Source: Fonticula alba ATCC 38817 (taxonomy: Eukaryota > Protista > Nucleariida). Taken from it: a stretch of DNA of 11,424 nucleotides. A model generated the notes under the pieces. The model was not told where the DNA came from. It saw only the letters and a program-made list of their open reading frames with translations, and did not search any database. Of the stretch, positions 1 through 7,548 are shown in pieces. Position 1 is the stretch's first letter. Each line of letters opens with the position of its first letter. Location: the NCBI GenBank assembly GCA_000388065.2, contig KB932212.1, one strand, 5' to 3'. Position numbers and translations under genes: made by a program.

Positions 1-796
1 CCGCCCGCGCACCCCCGACCGCCGCCAGCCGCGTCTCCCCCGCCCGGCCGCGTTCTTCCCTCTAGCAACAGAGGACACGCCTCCCCCCCCCTCCGGCGCG
101 AGCCCCCCACCGCGCGCCGCCCCCGCCGCCGCCATCACGGCCCCCGGCTTCCAGCTCTTCCCCCACCTCCCCCCGGCACTTGCCGACCTCCCCGGCGGCT
201 GCCGTATCTGCTGCGGACTGTCCGCAGCTCGCCCGCCCTAGCGCCCCTCCACAGGCCCAAGCACATCCTCCCCCCCCTCTCCAAAGCACACCCCTCCCCC
301 CCCCCCTCCCCCTTCCCAACGCATCCCCTTGGTAGGACGTGTCGGTCTTCGCGATCCACACCTGCCTTGCCCGATTGCCGGTCTCCCCCGCTGGACCCGC
401 ACCCACGCTTCCCGCGTGTCCCGCCCCCGCGCCTGCCCCCCGGTCCCCGGTTCTGTCAGGCTTGATCCTTGAATTCCCCACGCGCCGAGGCACCTTCGCC
501 CCCGCACCACAAGGCCCCCCGCCCCCCCCCCCATCCCGCGCCCGCATATTCTCACCCGCCCGTGAGAATTCTGCACAGGGGGATAACGGACTAGTCCGTC
601 TCCACTTCGTCGCCCGGCTGCCCGCCTGCGTCGTCGCCGCCGCCGCCACCGCCCTCGCCGCGCGTGCCACTGCTTGCCCCGTCCGCCGACGTCTCCCACC
701 ACCGTCGTCCGCCACGCCCCGTCGCTCCTTCGGCCCACCCTCCTCCCCTCGTACCGGCCCATCACACACACACACGCACACACACGCCCACACGCC

Positions 797-2638
797 ATGA
801 CCGGGTCTTCTGTTCCCACCGGCTTCGCCGTGTCCAGCATCCACAACTCGGTGCTCGTCAAGGATGACATCCTCCTGCCGGGCTTCTTCGAGGGCCCGGA
901 GAAGCTGCTCGAGGTGACGTTCGTCATGCCGGGCGTCGCGCCCGCTCCGCCGGTTGCGGCCGCGGCGCCGGCCGCCGCGGCCACCGCCGGCGGCATCGGC
1001 GCCGAGATGCTGCGTCTCCTGGGCGCCGGCCCGGCGGCCTCGCTGTCAGCCCTGGCGGCGGACCTGCCGGCCGCGGCGCCGGTGTCCTGCACGGCCTCCT
1101 CCCCGGCCGCGTCGGCCGCCACCACCAGCGAGCCGGCCAAGGTCGGCCTCCGGGCCTACACCGCGGCCGATTGGCAGCCCCTCCTGGACTCGGTCAACTG
1201 CCTGATCATCAACAGCATCAGCAATGCCTCGGCCGATGCGTATCTGCTGAGGTACGCGCGCCGGCATGTGTGGCGCTCCCCCTTGGGTGCCCCTCCTGCC
1301 CCTCCTGCCCCTCCTGCCCCTCCTGCCCTGTCTCTCTTCCGGCCTTTGCAGCATGCCTCCCCGGTGCTGGTGACGCCGGCCACCCTCCGGAGGCCCACCC
1401 TCCCCTTTCTTCTTGCCCCTCCCTCCCCCCGCTTCCCCATCCAGCCCCACCCAACTGCCGTTCCGATCCCCTGACGCCTCCCGCGCTCTCCCCCTCCCTC
1501 CCCCCCCCCTGCATATCCGGCCCACAGCGAGAGCAGCCTCTTCGTCTTCGCCGACCGCATCATCCTCAAGACCTGCGGCACGACCACCCTCCTCCGGTGC
1601 CTGAAGGGGCTGCTGGCCATGGCCGCGCGCGCCGGCGCCACCCAGGTCGAGAGCGTCTTCTACTCGCGCAAGAACTTCCTCCAGCCGGCCGACCAGCCGG
1701 CGCCCCATGTCAGCTTCGAGGCCGAGGTGGCCTGCCTGCGGGAGGCCTTCCCCCGGGGCCGGGTCCTGACGCTGGGCGACCAGTCCGGCGACCACTGGCA
1801 CCTGTTTGCGGCGGAGACCGGCACCGGGCACATGCAGAAGGTCCCGCGCGCGCCGCGGGCCCTGTGCCCGGCCACCGGCGGCGCCGGGCCCGCCCTCGAG
1901 GTGACCACCGAGATCCTGATGCACGAGCTGGACCAGGACCTCATGCGGGTGTTCTACCGGACCGAGCCCGGGTGGCAGTCGACCGCCGACTCGACTCGCC
2001 GGTCCGGGGTCGGGGCCATCCTGCCCGGGGCCCTGCTGGACGACCTGGTCTTCGATCCCTTCGGCTACTCGGTCAATGCGCTGCTCGGGGAATTCTACTT
2101 CACCATCCATGTGACCCCGCAGGAGAACTGCTCCTTCGCCTCGTTCGAGACCAACTACAACCGGCCGGACCTGCCGGCGGTGGTGGCCCGCGCGCTGGCC
2201 GTCTTCCGCCCGGGGCGCTTCACCCTGACGCACTTCGACAATGCGCCGGGCCTGCGTGCGGTGGCGGCCGCCGGCGGCCCGGAGGGCCCGGCCCGTGTGG
2301 CCAAGCAGCTGGCCCTGGCGGCCCGCCTGCGCCGTGACCTGGCCGCCTCCGGCGATGACGCCGGCGCCCCGGCCGCCTCCTTCCAGCATGGCTATGCTCG
2401 TGTCGGCGCCGCCGAGCAGACCCTCTCCGCGCACACCCTGCAGTACATGCACTTTGTGTCGACCGAGGCCGGCCGGCCTGTGTCGGCGCTCGACCGGCTC
2501 GAGTGCGCGGCCGACCTGTCGGGCCTCCTCGAGGAGGTGGCCGGCGGTCTTGCCTCTTCTTCCTCCCCTTCGGAGGAGGGCGCCGCTCTGGCGGCCGCCC
2601 CGGTTGTCGTCGGCCTGTCGACCACCACCTGCGTCTGA
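797..2638 (+). CDS. AMD1: S-adenosylmethionine decarboxylase proenzyme (eukaryotic class), join(797..1251,1528..2638), 521 aa; predicted self-cleavage Glu153|Ser154 into a 153-aa beta chain and a 368-aa pyruvoyl alpha chain
   Basis: ATG 797 (G at -3). Family motifs occur in order: FFEGPEKLLEV; YLLS-ESSLFV, reconstituted only by splicing 1251 to 1528; IILKTCGTT; FYSRKNF..P..Q..PH..F..EV; TEILMHELD; FDPFGYSVN; TIHVTPQ..CSFASFETN. Stop TGA 2636-2638. Confidence 0.96.
1252..1527 (+). other. Spliceosomal intron of the AdoMetDC gene (276 nt, phase 2)
   Basis: Donor GTACGC at 1252, branch-like CTGAC 1471-1475, C/T tract, acceptor CACAG ending 1527. Removal restores the LSESS processing motif; retention hits in-frame TGA 1472-1474. 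Confidence 0.94.
1288..1328. repeat. Tandem repeat (TGCCCCTCC) x4.5 inside the AdoMetDC intron
   Basis: Four exact 9-nt units at 1288, 1297, 1306 and 1315, plus a partial unit. Confidence 0.9.
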
Positions 2639-2994
2639 GAGCCCCGAGGGGCGGGCCATGCGCCCTGCGGCGTCGGCGTCGGCGTCGGCGGCAACAGTGA
2701 AGGCGCAGGCCAGCCGGCCGGCAGGGGGGGGGGGGGGGAGCCAGTGCTCCCATGCGCCGGTCGCGAGTGGCCAGCCTCTTCTCCGCGCACCGGCCACCGC
2801 GTGCCTGGTGTGTCTCCCCTCTCTCGCGCCTGCCGCGCGCCCTCCGCGCCCCCCAGCATCACGTCCGCTGTGCGCCCTGTCGCGCCGGGACCCAGCCGCG
2901 CGCCGGGTTGCTGCGAAGACATGTGTCCCTCCCGTGTTGTTGTGTCCCCTCCTGTCCGGCCTTCTCTCCCTCCCTCTCTCTCTCTCTCCCCCCT

Positions 2995-3013
2995 CGCGCG
3001 CGCGCGCGCGCGC
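2995..3013. repeat. (CG)9C run, preceded by a (CT)n tract (~2961-2990) and followed by an AT-rich patch with a T-run
   Basis: Read directly from the sequence. Confidence 0.9.
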
Positions 3014-3726
3014 TTAGTTGAGCGTAGTAATGGACTCTGTTTTTTTTTTTTTTACATTTTGACCCACATTGTGATGGCCTTGTGTCACGTCGCTCGGTGG
3101 ACAAAAAAGGGGGGCGCCGGCCCCGGCGTCGGGTCCGGCCTCGACCAGGGGGCAGGGCAGCAGGCTGTGCGTCTCGGGCAGACGGGGGGGAGGGGGGAGC
3201 CTCGGGCTCGGCGTTGTGCGCGGGGATTCCCGCGGCGCGCGCCGTGGGCCCCTCGCCCCGGGCGTTCTTCTCTTCCCAAGGGGGGCGAGCGGGGAACGAG
3301 GGGCTTTTGCCGGCTCCGGAGGGGCGCGCCCGGCCCCGCCGTCTGGCGAGGGGCCCGGGGGCAACGCCCCATGCGTTGGCATCTGCGAGATTGTTCCGCC
3401 GATCGCCCGCGTGCCCGTGCCGGCGCCGATGCCGGCCCCGCGTCCCCCCCCCCCCCTCCCCCCCGGGCCGCCTGTGTCGGCTGGGGAAGCGGCGGCCACG
3501 AGCGGGGGGCATCTTTATCGCAGCCCGGCGCCGGCGGGCCGATCTGCTCGGCCATAGTTGCCCTCCGCGCGCCGGACCTCCCCTGTGCCCTGTTCTGCTT
3601 GCCTGGCCCTGCCACCTCCCTTGCCCGCGGCTTCGCCCTTTGCCGATCCCCTTCCCCACTCTCCCCTCCGCCCCCCCCCCGTCCCCCCGTCCCCCCGTCC
3701 CCCCGCCCGCCTGCTTGCGCTCTGTC

Positions 3727-6700
3727 ATGCTCCGCGGTGCTGTGAGGCCCCTGTTCCAGCGGTACGCGCTGGCGGCGCGGGCTGGCCCTGCTCTGCTGCT
3801 GGCCGGCGCTCGCGGTGCTGCCTCGATCGCGACGCCGGGTGTGGCCTCGACCGCGACGCCGGGTGTGGCCTCGACCGCGACGTCGGGTGCGGCTGCCCCC
3901 CTGTCCGACGCATCCCCGGCCGAGCGTCTGGCCGCCCTGCAGGCCCGGGCACAGCACCAGCTCTCGGTGACCGACGGGCATGGGCCGATGCGGCTGGACC
4001 GATTTCTGCGGGCGGCCGGCCCGGCCGCCGGCCGGCCCGGTGCTCTGCCGAATGCCTTGTTCCAGCGCCTCATCCGCAAGAAGCAAATTGTACGCTGGCC
4101 TTCCTCTTGCGTCTCCTTCTTCCTCCTGCCTCAGCCTCTCTTCTAGGCGTATGTGTGTCCTTTTGTGTGTCCTCTTGTGTGTCCTCTTGTGTGTCCTCTN
4201 NNNNNNNNNNNNNNNNNNNNNNNNNNNNNNNNNNNNNNNNNNNNNNNNNNNNNNNNNNNNNNNNNNNNNNNNNNNNNNNNNNNNNNNNNNNNNNNNNNNN
4301 NNNNNNNNNNNNNNNNNNNNNNNNNNNNNNNNNNNNNNNNNNNNNNNNNNNNNNNNNNNNNNNNNNNNNNNNNNNNNNNNNNNNNNNNNNNNNNNNNNNN
4401 NNNNNNNNNNNNNNNNNNNNNNNNNNNNNNNNNNNNNNNNNNNNNNNNNNNNNNNNNNNNNNNNNNNNNNNNNNNNNNNNNNNNNNNNNNNNNNNNNNNN
4501 NNNNNNNNNNNNNNNNNNNNNNNNNNNNNNNNNNNNNNNNNNNNNNNNNNNNNNNNNNNNNNNNNNNNNNNNNNNNNNNNNNNNNNNNNNNNNNNNNNNN
4601 NNNNNNNNNNNNNNNNNNNNNNNNNNNNNNNNNNNNNNNNNNNNNNNNNNNNNNNNNNNNNNNNNNNNNNNNNNNNNNNNNNNNNNNNNNNNNNNNNNNN
4701 NNNNNNNNNNNNNNNNNNNNNNNNNNNNNTCGTGTGTCCTCTTGTGTGTCCTCTTGTGTGTCCTTTTGCGGATCTTCATGGATCTTCGTGGATCTTCGTG
4801 TGTCTTCGTGTGTCTTCGCGGTCTACATGTGTATGCATGGTCCGCGCGTGTGCATGCATTGCACATATGCACATGCCTGCATGCGTGGCTCGTGCGCATG
4901 GTGCTAACACGGCGGCGGCCAGAAAATCGTCTCCCCCACCGGCGAGCTGACCAACGCCCGGGCCGATGCTCGCGTGGAGCCCGGCGACCGGGTGCTTGTC
5001 CTGGCCAGCCTGCTGGAGGACCGGCCGGCAGCCGGCGGCCCGGGCACGGAGCCGGCCGCCCCGGCCCCCCTGTCGGCCGCCGACCGCGAGGCCATCCGCC
5101 GGCGGGTGCTCTTCTGCGACTCCGGCCTGCTGGCCATCGACAAGCCGAGCGGCTGGGCCTCGCATGGCGGGTCGCGCGTGCACCGGCACATCGACCAGCT
5201 GGCGCCGGCCCTGCGGACGGCCCGCTCGCCGGACACCCCGCGGCTGGTTCACCGGCTGGACAAGGGCACCTCCGGGATCTTGCTGCTGGGCCGGACCCGG
5301 GCCAGCACGGCCCGGCTGTCGGCCATGTTCCGTGCCGAGGGGTCCTCCTCGACCAAGCGCCTGCGCGCGGCCGACGCCCTGGCCGCCGTGGCCGACCCCG
5401 GCGTGGCGGCCCTGTCCATGGGGGCCCGGCGCCAGGCCGGCGCGGCCTCGGTGTCCGGGTCGCGTCCCTTCGTCGAGAAGGAGTACTGGGCCATCATCTG
5501 CGGCCGGCCCCGGATGCTGAGTGGCGTGTGCGTGTCGCCGACGGTGGCCGCGGCGGCGGCGGCGGCGGCGGCCCGGCATGCCGGGTCCCATGCTCCTTGA
5601 TCCCCCTCGCCCCGGGCCCCGGCCNNNNNNNNNNNNNNNNNNNNNNNNNNNNNNNNNNNNNNNNNNNNNNNNNNNNNNNNNNNNNNNNNNNNNNNNNNNN
5701 NNNNNNNNNNNNNNNNNNNNNNNNNNNNNNNNNNNNNNNNNNNNNNNNNNNNNNNNNNNNNNNNNNNNNNNNNNNNNNNNNNNNNNNNNNNNNNNNNNNN
5801 NNNNNNNNNNNNNNNNNNNNNNNNNNNNNNNNNNNNNNNNNNNNNNNNNNNNNNNNNNNNNNNNNNNNNNNNNNNNNNNNNNNNNNNNNNNNNNNNNNNN
5901 NNNNNNNNNNNNNNNNNNNNNNNNNNNNNNNNNNNNNNNNCCCTGACCGTCCTCTCCCCCCCTCCCCCCCTTTTTCCCGCCCACACACACTCCCAGGCCT
6001 CCCTGATCCGCCTGCTGCCGGCCGACGGGCGCCGGCACCAGCTGCGCATCCACTGCTCGGAGGCCCTGGGCGCGCCGATCCTCGGCGACTCGCGCTACGG
6101 CGTCAGCCGGGTCCTCCAGTCGTTGGAGGAGGCCGCCCGGGCCGGGCTCCTGGCACAGGACCCCCTCGGGCCCGAGGGCCACGACCCGGCCGACGCCTCG
6201 GGCCAGGCGGCCTCGGCGCAGCTGGTCCCCGGCGTGGGCTACCTGTGGATGATGTCGCTGACGGAGCGCGAGCGGCAGAACTTGAATGCTCGGTTCGCGC
6301 CCGAGGTGCCGGCGGCTGCCGGGGCCACCCCCGGGCCCGCCGGGCCGGGCACCACCGCCGCCAAGGCACCGCCCGGCATGGGGCCCTCCTCGGGCCCCGG
6401 GCCCCGGGCGGCCCCCTCGCCCTGGGGCGCGGACGTGTCCGACGGCGAGGATGACCCCGGCCCTGGCGAGGGCGGCGGCGGCGGCGGCGACTGGCAGGAC
6501 CCCGGCGCCAGCGACACCGACGACCAGTCGCCCTTCGACCCGCTGGCCCAGGTGGCCAGCATGTCGGACATCCGGCCCAACCATGCGGCCTTCGCGCGTG
6601 CCTCGGCACCGGGGGCCGCCGGGGCGGCCGGGCCCGGCGCCAGCGCCCCGGCCGACGCGCACCGCTTCCTGCCCGGGCTGCCGCTGCACCTGCACCTGCG

Positions 6701-7031
6701 GTCCATCCGCCTGGCGCACTGGCGCCCGGGCGAGGATCTCGTCATCGAGGCGCCGCTGCCGGCGCACATGGTCCGCACCATGCGCCGGGCCGGGCTCGAC
6801 CTGCCGGACGCCTTTGGCGGGCTCTTCGGCAAGCGCCGGGCCGATTCGCACGTCACCGGCTTCGGCGGGGCCCACGGGTCCGGCGACCCGAACCGGGTGG
6901 ACCTGCGCGAGTTGCCCCCGGGGGCCGACCTGCCGGCGGTGGTGCGCGGCGGCGGGGCCCGCCTCGTCCCGGCCCTCGAGCCGTACGAGCACTTCCTGGC
7001 CGGGCACGGGCTGGAGCGGCGCGCGAAGTGA
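3727..7031 (+). CDS. RluA-family pseudouridine synthase (RluC/RluD-like, N-terminal S4-like domain), probably mitochondrial. Exons: 3727..4089, 4923..~5525/5527, probable unseen exon in gap 5625-5940, 5997..7031
   Basis: Arg/Leu/Ala-rich, acid-free N-terminus (MLRGAVRPLFQRYALAARAG). S4-like RLDRFL...QRLIRKKQI|KIV...RVEPGDRV is joined in phase 0. Motif I AIDKPSG; motif II HRLDKGTSG (catalytic Asp codon 5259-5261); EKEYWAIICGRP; motif III DGRRHQLRIH...GAPILGDSRYG; C-terminal LHLH...IEAPLPAHM. The 3' end may be modified by splicing (see findings). Confidence 0.9.
3820..3891 (+). repeat. Coding tandem repeat, 24 nt x3 (GCCTCGACCGCGACGCCGGGTGTG), encoding ASIATPGV/ASTATPGV/ASTATSGA
   Basis: Units at 3820, 3844 and 3868 with 1-2 mismatches each. 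Confidence 0.9.
4151..4825. repeat. Intronic satellite (TTGTGTGTCCTC)n on both sides of the gap, decaying into 10-nt units (TTCGTGGATC / TTCGTGTGTC)
   Basis: The same 12-mer flanks the gap at ~4162-4199 and ~4731-4764, so the gap is probably mostly this array. Confidence 0.85.
4200..4729. other. Assembly gap (530 N)
   Basis: Run of N. Confidence 1.
5528..5996 (+). other. Intron(s) of the pseudouridine synthase gene spanning a gap; probably two introns with a hidden exon
   Basis: Donor GTGCGT 5528 (or GTGTGC 5526), with in-frame stop 5598-5600 if unspliced. After the gap: CTGAC 5943-5947, C/T tract, CCCAG ending 5996, then motif III in frame. Confidence 0.65.
5625..5940. other. Assembly gap (316 N)
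   Basis: Run of N. Confidence 1.
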
Positions 7032-7184
7032 GTGGTCACGTGGCGGCCGCGGCGTAACTGTTTTTCGAACTCCCCGCCCCGATCGCCCCCGCCCTGGTGC
7101 GACGCCCGCCTCGGCTGTCTGCGCCCCGTGCGCGCGTTTCCCGTGTGCCAGCGCCACGACGCCCTGGGCCCTTCCGGCGCGACA

Positions 7185-7204
7185 CGCGCGCGCGCGCGCG
7201 CGCG
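7185..7204. repeat. (CG)10 run, followed by an AT-rich patch (~7218-7257) and a G21 run (7285-7305)
   Basis: Read directly from the sequence. Confidence 0.9.
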
Positions 7205-7548
7205 GCCGAGAACCTCCCACAAATATAGACACCAATAGATTGCTGTGTGTGTGTTTTCCCCCGTCCCTTCTGACGCGTCCTGGTGGGGGGGGGGGGGGGG
7301 GGGGGCCCGGGGGAGCGGGGCAGATCGCGCCCGCCAGCCAGCCGGGCCGGGGCGCCCTCCTTCCTGCGGCCCTCGCCGATCGCCGGGATGGGGCGGCGAT
7401 CGCCCCCTCTCTTCACGCGGCATGTAGCCCGGGCCGGGCCCCGGCCGTGTCCACCACCCACCCGCCCCCCCCTCCCTCCTCGCTGGCTTTTCGGTCTTTT
7501 TTTTTTTTTTCCTCCCCTCGCCCGGCGCCCACCCTTCCCCCGGCCCGG

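Larger units (their letters stand above)
4090..4922 (+). other. Intron 1 of the pseudouridine synthase gene (phase 0; contains a satellite and a 530-N gap)
   Basis: Donor GTACGC 4090, branch CTAAC 4904-4908, acceptor CCAG ending 4922. Splicing gives a contiguous S4-like domain; the unspliced frame stops at TAG 4144-4146. Confidence 0.85.

Noticed and set aside
66-335. Upstream frame ending ...PLPNASPW-stop, reminiscent of a PPW stall motif
   Set aside because: It is SPW, not PPW; there is no convincing start, and poly-C produces prolines in every frame.
2627-2638. C-terminal TTCV as a prenylation (CaaX) signal
   Set aside because: Cys is at -2, not -4.
1046-2797. Long minus-strand ORFs mirroring the AdoMetDC gene (e.g. 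583 aa), and similar ones antisense to genes 2 and 3
   Set aside because: Shadow ORFs of G/C-ending codons in very GC-rich coding DNA; no recognisable motifs.
3010-3110. AT-rich segment with T-run and small hairpins as a possible Pol III ncRNA or tRNA
   Set aside because: No cloverleaf, no A/B box pair, no recognisable snRNA motif; more likely a 3'-end region.
4090-4155. Strong internal acceptor (pyrimidine tract + TAG 4146) followed by GC and a GTATGT donor, suggesting a 2-nt microexon or recursive splice
   Set aside because: A 2-nt exon breaks the frame with the 4922 acceptor, the S4 domain is already complete without it, and the layout does not match a stwintron. Junction reads could still test it.
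4151-4825. Short direct repeats as a CRISPR array or telomere
   Set aside because: Head-to-tail units without spacers, inside an intron of a eukaryotic gene, and not a G-rich telomeric unit.
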